From: Nemertoderma westbladi
Taxonomy: Eukaryota; Animalia; Xenacoelomorpha
DNA: 64,000 bases
Reading direction: 5' to 3'
NCBI GenBank assembly: GCA_032718475.1
Contig: JAUCBJ010001621.1
Span: 1-64,000, forward strand
The notes under the pieces are model-generated. The model was not told where the DNA came from. It saw only the letters and a list, made by a program, of their open reading frames with translations, and did not search any database. The position numbers and the translations under genes are program-made. Position 1 is the first letter of the stretch. Each line of letters opens with the position of its first letter. Shown here piece by piece: positions 1 through 12,046 of the stretch.

Positions 1-46
1 AATACAAATATAAAATAATATGGTCACACACCCACTCCAGCCATTT

Positions 47-3019
47 TTAAGTTGGGGAGTCCCTAGATGTTTGTTGGATTAGGGAGGTGGTCGTGGGAAG
101 AGTATCTTGTCTCCCATAGTTTCTGGAGAGTTCTCTGTCTCTTTCCAGTAAACATAAACGTCCCACTGGGCGATTGAGCTGCTGCGTCTCGAAGACAATT
201 CCCGGTTTCTTGAAGTTACGTCGCATGACGACGAGTTCTACCGATCGCACCAAACCGTCATCCGAGATGTGAGTCTCGATGATACGACCTGTCTGCCACC
301 TCTTACGTGGAAGATCTACATCCACAATAAGAACCATGTCTCCAGCGCTAACGTTTTCTTGCTGCGCAAACCACTTAGTTCGAAGTTGTAGCGTGGGCAG
401 ATAATGTTTTTCGAAATGGTCAGCGAAACGACGGGATAACAACTGCATGAGTTGCCAAGTTTGTCGGCAGTATTCGTCTCCATCTGTGATTTCCGATTGT
501 GGGAGCATGGCTACAGGTTTCTTCAGTAGGAAGTGCGCGGGTGTTAGCGCTTCCAGGGAATCGGGACTCGATGAGACTGGCATAAGCGGTCTCTCGTTGA
601 GATAGGCGGCGATTTCTTCCATTAACGTCCGCAAAAGTTCGTCGGTGAGATAAGCGCGGCAAGGCACTATAAAATGAAATGCTGTCTTCACGCTTCTTAT
701 TAATCTCTCCCAACTTCCTCCCCACCAAGGGGCGTCGGCGGCGTTGAAGGTCCAACTAGACGCTGTTACTCGTAGTTGGTCGTCCACCTGTCTTTGGTTC
801 CAATCTTTGACGTAAGCTTTGATTTCATTGTTGGCACCAATGAAGTTTGTTCCCTTATCAGATCTCATCGTGTTACTAGTGCCAAAGCGAGCGATCTGTC
901 GTCGTAAGCTTAATAGAAAGCTGTTGGTAGATAAATCGTTCACCATATCGAGATGGATGGCTCTACAAGTCATACAAACAAAGATTACACACCATCTCTT
1001 GACTATAGTCCTAGCACGATATACTTCAATAGGGCCAAATAAATCCACACCGGTATTAGTAAAGGGTGGTTCATAAAAGCTTACTCGTTCCCTAGGTAAT
1101 TCTGCCTCTCGCTGTGTTAAAGGCCTACTGAATGCTTTCCTACAGGGTATACAGTTCCTAAGAACTTGGTTCAGAGCTCTACGGGGTTTATAAAAATAAT
1201 AGCGAGTTCGAATTTCGCTAAGAACTCGTTCTCTACCAGCATGATAAAGTTTGCTGTGAACATCTACTATCATCTTGACTTGTATTTCAAGATTTCTAAT
1301 GAGTATGGGGAACTTAGTATCAAAGGATAATGGGGCATTCGTTAACCTTCCTCCAACACGTATCAACCCATCTATCATTGTGCTAGAGAAACGATCCCTT
1401 AAGCGCATCTGTGGATTTCTCAACAACAGGAAATACTTATCGGAATCTTCATAGCATTGTAAGAGTCTCAGCATCTGTTTGTTGGTTTCTTCATGCTCCT
1501 GATAACTGATCTTCTCCTTCAGAAACCTGGTGGGTATCTTATATGGGGGAAGATCTTTAATAACATGGACCTGCACTGATGTGATTGGAGCGGTATCACC
1601 CTTTGTTTTCATCCCAGAGTAGTGATGGTGAAAACATATCTTTAAATATGTAACGGCCTTACAAAGCCGATTCCAGGAACTGTAGTGATGCATCGCTCTC
1701 TGCAGAAGAGGTGAGAGTCCTTGCGAGACGTCTGGTATACCAGATTTCCAATCCTTATCACGGATTTCCACAATGGGTTTATTTGTGGCTGTGGGTTTCT
1801 GATCCAAAGCGTCGTCTCCGGAAGTATGTAGTACAGACAGATCTACTGTGGGTTTGAATAACTTCGATTTACTCGCCTGAGTTTTAGGCTTGACTTTCTC
1901 CGCTCCCTTGGCCTGTCTAATTTCTGCTGTAGTAAGATGAGGAGGCCATTCTTCTTCTTCTTTGTAGAGGAAGTCGGGTCCACCTAACCAGTCTGGAGTA
2001 TCTACCAGTTCTTGTGGAGTTGCTCCCCTGGAAGCGATGTCTGCTGGATTAATCGTTCCGGGGCAATGTCGCCATTGATCCATCGTCGTGCGACTGAGTA
2101 TAATAGCTACTCTGTTGGTAACGAAGACGCTGAACTGACAGACTTCATTGGTTATATACTCCAACACGAGTAAAGCGTCTGTCCAATAGACAGTTTTCTC
2201 CGGGGGATAGTCGATCTGTTCTGTTACATTCCGGCCGATGGCTGTAGCGTATAGAGCCGCTTTTAACTCCGCTCGAGGAACTTTCAACTTGTTGTTTATT
2301 AATGCCTTAGAGGTAACCAAGGCGACTTTAATTCCGTCCGGAGTTTCCACCCTTAGGTAGGCTACTATACCGATTCCCATATCGCTGGCGTCTCCAAACA
2401 CATGGAGTTGATAGGAATACGTAGGGAGAACATGACCAAAATATGAACGGGAAATTATAAAGTTTTCGATGGCTGGTAGAGAATCTTCCCATTTCATCCA
2501 CTTCTTTAATAATTCTCCCTTAAGTGGATCGTCCCATGAGTGGTTTTCAAGCCACATTTGTTGTACTAAACTCCGAGCAATCAATATAACTGGGCTAATA
2601 AATCCCAATGGATCGAAATAAGTGCTCAGGATACTTAAACAAATCCGTTTAGTCCGAACTGGATTATCTCGCTGTTTTAGTTGGAAAAACAGGATATCTC
2701 TTTCTGTGTCCCATTTCAAACCAAGGGTCTTAGTTTCTGGGAGATCATCCTTTATTAGATCTAGGTCTTTTGTTCCTCGATCTTCTACCGGGATCGACTC
2801 CAGAAACTCACGGGAGTTGCTGGTGAATTTAGTTAATCGAAATCCACCTTTCTTTAAGCATTCCACCGTTCCTTTAGCGACCTCAATGGCTTCTTCGACT
2901 GATGGAAGGGACTTCAGATTATCATCCATGTAGATGTCTCGTTTGATATTGTCGATCACCTCTTTAGAGAAGGCGTCTCTGTTGTCATCCGCAGTAGTGC
3001 ACACCACGGAACAGGCGTT
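47..3019 (-). pseudogene. BEL polyprotein segment 3: RT C-part, RNase H, integrase; separated from segment 2 by an in-frame TAA
   Basis: IYMDD, LHVFGDAS, PRAEL, NPADIASRG, HHCC (HSKLYHAG..CIPC), GVDLFGP / SDKGTNF / GGSWERL DDE; TAA at 3020-3022 is followed in frame by NACSVVC. Confidence 0.9.
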
Positions 3020-6000
3020 TTAAGGGCTCGAGATTATCCCAAAAGCTTGGATGGTCATCCAGTACTCCACAGGTTTCTTATTGAGGTCTCCTTCAGGCCA
3101 CCACAAAAATCGTAGGCTATCTCGATCCCTATCCAGCGCTTTGACTTGTAAGAACATGCCTTCTATATCTGAGGCGAAAGCAATGGAATATTGTCTTAAT
3201 CTTAATAGTATTCCCAACAAGGATTGAAGTAAGTTGGGTCCGGGTAACAATTCAGAATTAAGAGATTGGCCCATATAAAGGGCGGAACCGTCAAACACCA
3301 CTCGTACTTCATGGGGTTTACCGGGTTTGGGAACGTAATGGTGAGTTAAGTAATACGTTCTCTCAGTTATAGGGGTTTCTTCCGGTACTAGCTCCGCATA
3401 TCCCTTGCTAATAAACTTCTTCAACTGTGTTTGATACATTTCTTTAGCTGAAGAATTTGCCGTAAGGCGTCGATGTAGTTGAGCAATTCTTTTCTCTGCC
3501 AAAGGTCTGTTGTTAATGAACTTTGGTTCTCGCTTTCGGAAAGGAAGACCGATCTCATATCTACCTTGATCTTTAAGAAAACGAGTAGTTGTCGCTTGGA
3601 TCTGCTTGGCTCTTTCTTCCTCCACCGATAGGGCCTTATCGTAGGAGTTGGGCTCTACGACCTCTTGAGTAAAGAATCTCACGGCGTGTTCATCCCGAGT
3701 CTTGGCATTATAACGTTCAATGACGTCATTAAGCTCGTCGTTATAGTCGTCTCGCTCGGATGGGAGAAGGAGTTGACATAAGTTCACTTGATTTTGCCAA
3801 GTCTCGCTTTCCTTAAGGAGATCGATGGCATTCTCCTCATCGAAGAGTTGATGTATATCGTCGTTGTCTGAGGAGTATGGAGTTCCCTCAGTTGGATCGT
3901 CGAACTCACTGTTCTCAACTTCCCATTCTCGCGCTTGATATACCTGGTCTTTCGGTAATCTTTCCATGAGAGTTCTACGGGAAGGGCCAGTAAAGTACCA
4001 ACCTACTCTAGTTCTTACCGCATAGGTTTGTAGTGGCTGCGGTTGAGCAGGCCGTTTCTCCAATGTCTCGAGCGCCTCATGCGCGTTTTGGCCGATGAGT
4101 ATTTGCACTCCAGGATAATCAGTCTGGAATCGAGGTATCTTAAGATATTGGATGCTCTCATCCTCGTCCCAATTATAAAGGTCTGCTTGAGTAGTAGCGA
4201 AATTCTTTATAGCCACCATTTTCACTGACCTTATGCTATGTTCTCCTAGTTCGTCCTGGGGGGTGGACAACGCACCTACATAATAATCCGCTGTTACTGT
4301 GGATTTCCAAACTTGCATAATTCCTGACATGTTTAGCTTAGTTCGGAACTTGGGTTGTCCAGCGAATATGTCTTCGGCTAGCTCTTTGTCGATGAATGTT
4401 CCTGTACTACCGGAGTCAAGGAGGGCGTTCACTACATAACTCCTTTTTGGTCCGTGGACCCTTACCTGTACCACAGGAAATTCTCTAATCCCTACATTGG
4501 AAGTTGGCGCTTTCCAAAATGGTGGTTGACCAGAAGTAGTTAGGGTAAGGTCGCTGTCCGTATCCTTTTCATACGTGAGTGCTCGATACACTGTGGTATT
4601 TATCGTGTAACAGGATTCGTTTTCGTCGGAGAACTCGTCCGTATAGAATCCTTCCATCTCAGATTGATCAGTGTCGTTCACATCACTGAATTGGACATGT
4701 AATTCGGAATCACTTACCTGACTCGGACTATTTCTCTCGAATTCAGTGTGCAACAATATATGATGTTTCGCACCGCACTTGGCACATCTTGTGTCAGAGT
4801 AACAGGTTCGCCGTTGGTGTCCTTGTCTGAGGCAATTATAACACAACCGCTTATCCCACATGACTTCACGTCTCTCAGTTAAAGATTTCTTTAGAAATTC
4901 ATCACACATATTTAAGCGATGGGTCCCATCACATAGCGCACATTTCGGTTTGATGTTACTCACCTTACTCTGAGTAGCATTGTGTACACTTGTTTTTTCT
5001 TCGGGCTTTCTCATCTGAATTCTCTTGGGAGACGTAGGAGGAGTTTTTCTTACCTGTTCTCTCCTGTCATTGGTTCGAGACTTGAATTTACTTACCTGAT
5101 CTTTAGGCATTTTATTGACATAATAAGATCTGTCAGTGTCTTTCCCGCTATCTTCTCCTTGAGAAGTCTGGCTTTCGCCGTCGTCTGTATAACACACTGG
5201 TGTTACCTTTCTCCTAGAGACGGGTTTTTCACTTACCTTGTTTTCCGGTGTCTTTAGGAGCTGTAATTTCACTTCTCCATCTAGGAATGACATGAGATCA
5301 GCCATGGTAGGGTCTCGTCGTTGTTGTTCCATCATATATAACACTTTCTTATCCCAGCGTGTACCTACTCCACCCTTCGGTAAAGTAGAAGCCACTGCTC
5401 TAATAACCATAGCATTCTGATACTCATGAGACTTACCTAGCCAATCTAATTGTCTGCAGATTTCCTGAATCTCATCGGAAAACTCTATAATTCCGCTGCT
5501 AATAAACTTTCGGGGCGCTACCAACTTTGCATACAAATACCCAGCTATGTTATTCCTATTACCATACCTGATGTTTAGTGTATCCCAAACTTGTCTTAAT
5601 CCGTCTGGATGTCCAATAAACTTTAACGCCATTAACTTGGGAGATCCTTCCAAGCACTCGATGAGGAATCTAAGTTTCTCTCCATTAGATAGCACAGAGT
5701 TCTGTATGTTATCTTTGTAATATTCATTAAAAGGTAACCATTTCATCTCATCTCCATTGAACTTGACGATCTCTCCCACCTTTACCGCTTGCCGGGCTTC
5801 GGTTCTAGCCATTTGACGCGTAAAACTTTCTTGGGCCATCGTGTTATTTAATATCGAGTTATCGGTATATAAATTTCTCGGATTATGATCCGGTCTATAG
5901 GGAATATCATTATCAACAGGTCTATAATTACCCTTAATAGGGTTCACTATAGGAGTTTCTACTTCGCTAGCAGTATAGATGCGTGTAGGCTCCACACCTT

Positions 6001-6196
6001 GCGCATGAGATACTTCAGACCTAACAGGTTGACACATTGTTACAGGGGGTGGTGGTATACCCTTTTGTGTATTTACTAATTTATCGCGTTCTAGCGCGAT
6101 ACTTTGCTGCACTTCTTGCAACTCTAGCCTACTTTCCCTTACTGTGCCCTTGAATTGCTGAACGGTCTCCTGCATCTGTCCGAGCAGGAGATCCAT
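3020..6196 (-). CDS. BEL polyprotein segment 2: Gag core, triple Cys/His knuckle, aspartic protease, N-terminal RT
   Basis: KFNGDEMKWLPF gag core; CALCDGTH..LCYNCLRQGH..CAKCGAKHHILLH; ALLDSGSTGTF; RVVFDGS, LNSELLPGPNL, SDIEGMFLQV, FGIISSP. Confidence 0.92.
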   Translation of the reverse strand: MDLLLGQMQETVQQFKGTVRESRLELQEVQQSIALERDKLVNTQKGIPPPPVTMCQPVRSEVSHAQGVEPTRIYTASEVETPIVNPIKGNYRPVDNDIPYRPDHNPRNLYTDNSILNNTMAQESFTRQMARTEARQAVKVGEIVKFNGDEMKWLPFNEYYKDNIQNSVLSNGEKLRFLIECLEGSPKLMALKFIGHPDGLRQVWDTLNIRYGNRNNIAGYLYAKLVAPRKFISSGIIEFSDEIQEICRQLDWLGKSHEYQNAMVIRAVASTLPKGGVGTRWDKKVLYMMEQQRRDPTMADLMSFLDGEVKLQLLKTPENKVSEKPVSRRKVTPVCYTDDGESQTSQGEDSGKDTDRSYYVNKMPKDQVSKFKSRTNDRREQVRKTPPTSPKRIQMRKPEEKTSVHNATQSKVSNIKPKCALCDGTHRLNMCDEFLKKSLTERREVMWDKRLCYNCLRQGHQRRTCYSDTRCAKCGAKHHILLHTEFERNSPSQVSDSELHVQFSDVNDTDQSEMEGFYTDEFSDENESCYTINTTVYRALTYEKDTDSDLTLTTSGQPPFWKAPTSNVGIREFPVVQVRVHGPKRSYVVNALLDSGSTGTFIDKELAEDIFAGQPKFRTKLNMSGIMQVWKSTVTADYYVGALSTPQDELGEHSIRSVKMVAIKNFATTQADLYNWDEDESIQYLKIPRFQTDYPGVQILIGQNAHEALETLEKRPAQPQPLQTYAVRTRVGWYFTGPSRRTLMERLPKDQVYQAREWEVENSEFDDPTEGTPYSSDNDDIHQLFDEENAIDLLKESETWQNQVNLCQLLLPSERDDYNDELNDVIERYNAKTRDEHAVRFFTQEVVEPNSYDKALSVEEERAKQIQATTTRFLKDQGRYEIGLPFRKREPKFINNRPLAEKRIAQLHRRLTANSSAKEMYQTQLKKFISKGYAELVPEETPITERTYYLTHHYVPKPGKPHEVRVVFDGSALYMGQSLNSELLPGPNLLQSLLGILLRLRQYSIAFASDIEGMFLQVKALDRDRDSLRFLWWPEGDLNKKPVEYWMTIQAFGIISSP

Positions 6197-6202
6197 CCCC
6201 CG

Positions 6203-8125
6203 TCATCTCTCATCCACCCATTCGACCGCCGAAGCGGGATTCGCCAACGTTGTAGCGGGCGGACGAGGGACAACGGGCGACAAATCATGAATATTTCGCT
6301 CGGAGTCCAGGGCATGAACTGTCTCATGGGCTGTTCTGCTGGGCACAGGTAGCTTAGTACTGTGCAAAGGGAATTTAGGGGTATGTTCAGGGAGTACAGG
6401 TGTCTCTACCACCGAAAGGGTAGCTTCGGGAACAGGCCTAATTATTTCAGGATCATCTACTATAGTAGGGAGTCTCTCTATTGTAATTATTTGGTCTGTG
6501 GGTTCTGTACTACCTAAGTTGGTGTTATTTAGTTGCCTTCTAACAGCTGGAGGCAAATCAGGCAATTTCTGACGGTGGGATGTTCTTTTACGTCTGCTTA
6601 GGTGAGATCTATTTCCTTTGCCTTCAGTATCGGTGGTATCGCCTTCCTCAGATGATGTATATCCCTGTCTTTTGGGAGTAGATCGATTCATCATCTGCAT
6701 ATTACTAGCTGTTAACTGTTTATTTATGCAGTCTTGATTCTCCTGAATATTTTCCAATTCTAATTGGGCGATCTCTTCAGCCGCTATCCGCTCTGCTTCT
6801 GCCGCTGCCATTGTCGCTTTTCTTTCCATTTCGGCTGCTTTTCTTTTCGCTTCTGCCTCTGCTGCTGCCGCTTTTCTTTCCATTTCGGCTGCTTTACTTT
6901 CCTCTTCGGCTGCTTTCCTTTCGGCTTCTGCAGCTGCTACTGCTGCTTTCTTTCTGTCTTCTATGCGTTTTTTCTTCACCTTTTCTTCTTGGTCTCTAGC
7001 GATGCGGAGTTGTTCATCGAATTTAGCTTGGTTCGCCGCTAACCTATCCACGTCGATGGCGTCAAGCACACGCTGTGCTCCTTCACTATTAGGGCTAAGT
7101 CCATCCAGCCTTCTCCTCAACTCTTCATCTCCTAAAAAACGCTGATAGTCTGACAGATAGATATCAATGGCATCCCTCTTATGCGGTTTCTCTGCCGTCG
7201 CTTCACTTTCCACTTGGGAAAAAGTAGCGTCTGTTGATTCTCCATGGGTTGAGCGCTCCTCCAGCTGAGCTTTCCACTGAGCTGTTCCTTGAACCTGGAG
7301 ACTCACCCGTTGAAACCAAGTCTTTACGGCAACTTGCAACGACGTGTCTTGTCTTCTTTTAGAAGCCTCTTCAAAGGCCGATAAGATTAGCCTGATTCGC
7401 AGAATTCTTTCTCTAACTTGATAAAGCAGTTGTCCCTGCTCTTGAGGTCCTTGTGGTTGTTGAAACAGTTGTTCTTTTAGTCGCTCCATAGAGCTGAAGA
7501 ATCCCTGTGCGTATCCGGCTGCGGACCTCTTCCACACAGCTGGATCGATGGTTTCCTTGGCTACTCCCATCCGGTGTATGTCTTCCCAGGCAGCTTCTGA
7601 TAAATCAAACGGGAGTCCGGGTCCGGGGAAGTTCCATTGCGACTCGACCATAGACTTCAGTTCTTCCCTTGTGTATCCCCCATAACTATCTTTAGTCGAT
7701 CGCTTACTTCTCGCCCAATCGATCTGGTGTTCTTCCACCGCGATCAATAACCTAGTGAGTACGGCTGCAGGAAGGATGAGAAGGGGATCCGAATAAACCG
7801 CATCCGTAATCCTTGCTCCGCGCTCGGGTGTCAGCTCTACAGTATCTTCACTACTGGAGCTGTCGGGCCGCTGAGAAATAAGTTCTTGGCTCGCGGGTTG
7901 TTGCTGTTCCGCTGCTTCTTGGTCCCGCTTGACCTGAGCTCGAGTGCCTATGATAGACCTACGATGTTGGACTATCCTAGGTTCTGTTATTACTACTGGA
8001 GGGATGACTTTCCTCACAGTGGGAGGTGAACTGAATTTAGGTGTGGACGGTTCTACACCCTTATCTGAGTCGCAGATAGTTACATCTAATAAACTGTCTG
8101 ACAGGTTCTGCTTAGTATCAGACAT
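6203..8125 (-). CDS. BEL polyprotein segment 1: long N-terminal Gag extension with Ala/Glu/Lys coiled-coil repeats
   Basis: ATG at 8125; AAEAERKA-type repeats; ends at TGA 6203-6205, in frame with the next ORF (TGA CGG GGG ATG). Confidence 0.7.
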   Translation of the reverse strand: MSDTKQNLSDSLLDVTICDSDKGVEPSTPKFSSPPTVRKVIPPVVITEPRIVQHRRSIIGTRAQVKRDQEAAEQQQPASQELISQRPDSSSSEDTVELTPERGARITDAVYSDPLLILPAAVLTRLLIAVEEHQIDWARSKRSTKDSYGGYTREELKSMVESQWNFPGPGLPFDLSEAAWEDIHRMGVAKETIDPAVWKRSAAGYAQGFFSSMERLKEQLFQQPQGPQEQGQLLYQVRERILRIRLILSAFEEASKRRQDTSLQVAVKTWFQRVSLQVQGTAQWKAQLEERSTHGESTDATFSQVESEATAEKPHKRDAIDIYLSDYQRFLGDEELRRRLDGLSPNSEGAQRVLDAIDVDRLAANQAKFDEQLRIARDQEEKVKKKRIEDRKKAAVAAAEAERKAAEEESKAAEMERKAAAAEAEAKRKAAEMERKATMAAAEAERIAAEEIAQLELENIQENQDCINKQLTASNMQMMNRSTPKRQGYTSSEEGDTTDTEGKGNRSHLSRRKRTSHRQKLPDLPPAVRRQLNNTNLGSTEPTDQIITIERLPTIVDDPEIIRPVPEATLSVVETPVLPEHTPKFPLHSTKLPVPSRTAHETVHALDSERNIHDLSPVVPRPPATTLANPASAVEWVDER

Positions 8126-9472
8126 ATTTGTTTGCACAGTTGAATGCCTACTGCTATATTACAGTCTAAGCAAGTCTAGTAATTCAGCATTAACTGCTAG
8201 CCTAGTAATTAATTACCGATACTGCTACTCAGTGTAGCGTAATATATATAATATTAGAATACCGGTATGCTTATGGTATATATAAGTATTATTACAGACT
8301 AGGTTTTTCACAGAATACCGGTATATAATTTTAGCACAAATATATATAAATATATAATAGGCCTATCGTGGATACCGGTATGCAGTTTACACTTATAGTG
8401 TATATATATAAGTATAATTTATTAACTAGAATTAATTACAGAATACCGGTATGATTTCAGCCTAAGTTTATGAAAATAAAGATAATAAGCCTATTGTAAA
8501 TACCGGTATATCAATTATTTTAAATAATTGAATTTCTGAATTTTAAGGGTTACTTGGTTACTTTAACTTACTTTATTACCGTTATTTAAGCAGTAGTCCA
8601 ACTGATATTGAGACCTAATTGTTGTATGGCAGGCCTACTATTTATAAATCGTTTGAGTTGATTTATAATATATATATACCCGTTGAAATGGGTTTTGTCA
8701 ATGTTGAAATAAATGTTATTATTTCCGGGGAAGTCACTACACGTAAGCTGTGCGCTCTCAGTGGAGTGCTACTTGTTGGACACTAAAACAAATAATTCTA
8801 ATTTAACTAAGTTACTTAATACTACAAATTACGTACAATTCTGGTTGAGATTACAATCTCTAAATAAACACAAAATTTTAATTACAAATACACAAATACA
8901 AATTTTTTAGGGTTTACAAGAAGTCTACTAACCAGCCTAACAAAGGGTTAGAATATCTGGTTATTACAACGGACAGGTTACTATGGTATTTGAAAATAAT
9001 AAGTAGTAGTAAATATACTGCATTGTCCAGATAGGAAAATACCACCGCCTGACGACCTATAACCGTATCGCTATAGGTACTACGTTATGTATCACGGAGT
9101 GTCCCTACCTAGAAGTTAATTACCGCGGTCTACCAGAACCAACGTGCCTATTAACCACTTTACAACACAAATACACTGCCTACACACTAATTGCTTTCGG
9201 AAAGCACTGTACACTAAACCCTAAATTAGGTACAAGTACTTGTATAACAAATAATTAGTAGTTAAAAATACTTGAACAGCTAAAAGAACCACGGCATCTG
9301 CTGGAGTGACCGGTGCACAAAATCACCAGTCTTTACCTACGCCGAGCAGCCCTGATGTAGTACCGGGGTTAGTTTAACTATAACGGTATGTATAACAAAC
9401 ACAATTACTGTAGGAATAAACTTGGGGATATGAATGTTGCGAATAATAGCATAAACTCTGAATAATAAATAT

Positions 9473-10039
9473 TACGCTACGCGTACAAACTACTCAAACA
9501 AAATGCAGACCAAATACTGACAGACTACTATCAAGCCTAAACAAACTACGGCATATGCAGACTCCGAAATGATTAGTTAGTATGCGTTCTAACCCAGTAG
9601 TACGACTTATTCTTTCATAGGGGGTTTACCTCATAGCACTTGAAGCCCCTACTTTCCTAACTTAGCACTTTATCGGACAGATGCTCTACACACACCGAAA
9701 TTTCCTCAAACCCAACAACAGCCAGACAACTATCCAGCCTACAAATTATCTAAATAAAATTATACGCTACCCGTACAGACTACACAAACAAAGTACAGAC
9801 CAAACGATGGCAGACTACTATCAAGCCTAAATAAACCACAGGACATGCAGACTCCGAAATGGTTAAGTAGTATGCGTTCTAACCCAGTAGTACGACTTAT
9901 TCTTTAGATGGGGGTTTACCTTACAGCTATGGCTGCCCCTACTTCCTAACCGTTCTTTATCGGACATACACTCTACATGCACTGCAATCCGTTCAGACCT
10001 AATCAACAGTTAGCCAACAGTCAAGCCTACAAATTATCT
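9473..10039. repeat. Diverged ~290-bp tandem duplication in the element-1 leader
   Basis: tacgctac..cagactactatcaagcctaa..tagtatgcgttctaacccagtagtacgacttattcttt..agcctacaaattatct occurs twice. Confidence 0.85.
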
Positions 10040-10619
10040 GTACAATCTGAGCAGGCTTACACGCCTTCTGCTCAATACTGGCTTACAAATAAATAAAACT
10101 GACAGAAATAGGCCTAAGTAAAATCCCAATAAAAACCAGGCGTCCCCGATTAATTATTAAGACCCACCGGTATATAATAATCAAATCGAATAATACTGCT
10201 GTACCTGTACTGTAAGTACCGGTTCGGATGATCACGCAGTCAGGCCTACAGGTTTCCGGTCGACCGGTACTTTCGACTAGATTGCTTACACCGCAATCCA
10301 GAAGCTATATCTGTTACTGTTTGCGCTTTTAAGACCTTTGACAGTTTAACCTGCCAAATTAGGATGTCTTTTAGATGATATATAGTCTTTAGCTTATGAC
10401 GAGCATTTGATACACTACATTAGCCGAAGCCAGTCTATGCGCAATCATTCACCCGCTGGATATACCCGGGAGACTGAATTCGGAAGCTTAATGATTGATG
10501 GTGTAAGCCTACTGTATTATTCCTGTATTATTCGACTGATCGTAATATATAATCTCTGACAAATATTATTCACTTTCGGGAAATATTAACAGTTCCTTTA
10601 GGACGTGGCGCTCTAAATA

Positions 10620-11472
10620 TGTAAACAGAGTTATGGCTTAAACTAGACACAACGAAAAGGCTATAGATTCACGTATATGGCGCATTCTTTAGGAGATGCT
10701 TTGTTATCAGTTACACTCATACACAATGCTGCACAATACTGCACACTAACCTGCCGACCTTCACTAAATTTAGTCACGTATAAAGAGAGCAACAGACAAT
10801 TTATGTTGGGCATATGAAATAGCATTAGATTCACTTCAAACCACTTAACATAGGTCGCAATCGTTTATCTGTAACCGGTCTCTCTAACCTTTAGTATATC
10901 AAGAAGGTGGGGTATCTGACTATTTATCAGTATTCCGATATAATATTTCATCAACCAATATAATGAATAACCGACAGTAAAAGCAGTAATATTAAGGTAT
11001 AAATGATTATTAAGTGAATGAGTTAACTCGGTAACAGATATACGTTCTATAATTAAGCCTACTAATGTTAAACTAAAGACTGAAACATGGAGGTGTCAAA
11101 AGCCGGTGTTCTTAGGCTCTGGGCAAAAACATAACACTGAACTACTGAGTTTCTGTACCCAACTCCAACACAGAGACAAAAACGCTCTGATTGGTCAACC
11201 GAACAGCGAGAGAACAAAGAAACAAAGAAATGTCGACGTGGCAATATCAGCTGTTATCCGTCGTCATGGTAGCGACACTGTTTTCAAGAGTATCTAGCTT
11301 ATCGCGTCACGAGATTGCGGATTATGTCCTCTAAAGTACAAATACAGAAGAAATGACTTTTATGTCCTCTAAAACACCAGTACAGCAAGGACACGGCCTT
11401 TTTATGCCTGGTAGACCAACTACAGAGTACTTTAAGGGAAAATAACCGGTTAATGACGCAAAAGCTTTTACA
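10620..11472 (-). repeat. Putative 5' LTR of element 1 (853 bp)
   Basis: Termini TGTAAA...TTTACA; right end abuts exactly where the element-2 LTR copy is cut; the partner LTR is not in the window. Confidence 0.55.
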
Positions 11473-12046
11473 GATCCCGACCGGTATTTGGTTTATGTAC
11501 GCGTCCCCGCCGTGAGTGAAAAGGAGTTTGTTGCTGTCCGGTAATATTCTCGATGAGTATATGTATAAGGTACACGAGTAAAATAGATAGCACAATTGAT
11601 AGCATTAATATACAGAATATGTGATGGTGACGGCGGTTACGGTAACAAAGTGTTACCGTACTGCCCTAACTAAACTGCAGCACCACTGAGTAAACTGACC
11701 GGTAGTGGGGTATGCAACATAATATATACTGGTTACCTACACTACCTTGGCCTTATTGCTCAGCGGATGCCTTTCTCTCGCCCCTCATTGGCTAGTATGC
11801 TAATTCTCGCCTCCCACCTCTGTGGGAGTGTCCCCCCCCCCCCCCCCCCCGCTGCTGTTACTTTCTCTCCTTGAGGTAGCTTGACCTCTAACCTCTATTG
11901 TGTGGCTCTTTGGGGCTGTGTATTGTGCCCGTTATTGGGGGTGGTACGAGGTTTATTGGTAATCAACCTCGTGCTTCCCAATATTGCTTAAAGGCGCCCT
12001 TTCCAACTTTATGGGGGTTGGTGAGGCGGAATTGAAACCGCTCACA
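11473..12046 (-). repeat. 3' LTR of element 2 (last 16 bp missing)
   Basis: Matches 19820-20384; preceded on the minus strand by PPT GGGGGGGAG (12047-12055) then TGTGAG. Confidence 0.92.

Larger units (their letters stand above)
1..11472 (-). mobile_element. BEL/Pao-family LTR retrotransposon (element 1), near full length, 3' end outside window
   Basis: Colinear gag-PR-RT-RH-IN domains in one reading frame (47-8125), ~2.5-kb AT-rich leader, putative 5' LTR 10620-11472. Confidence 0.9.

Noticed and set aside
20-46. GGAGTGGGTG-TGTGAC as PPT plus start of the element-1 3' LTR
   Set aside because: The following 28 bp match nothing upstream in the window, including the proposed 5' LTR; unresolved without flanking sequence, and it weakens the LTR call if real
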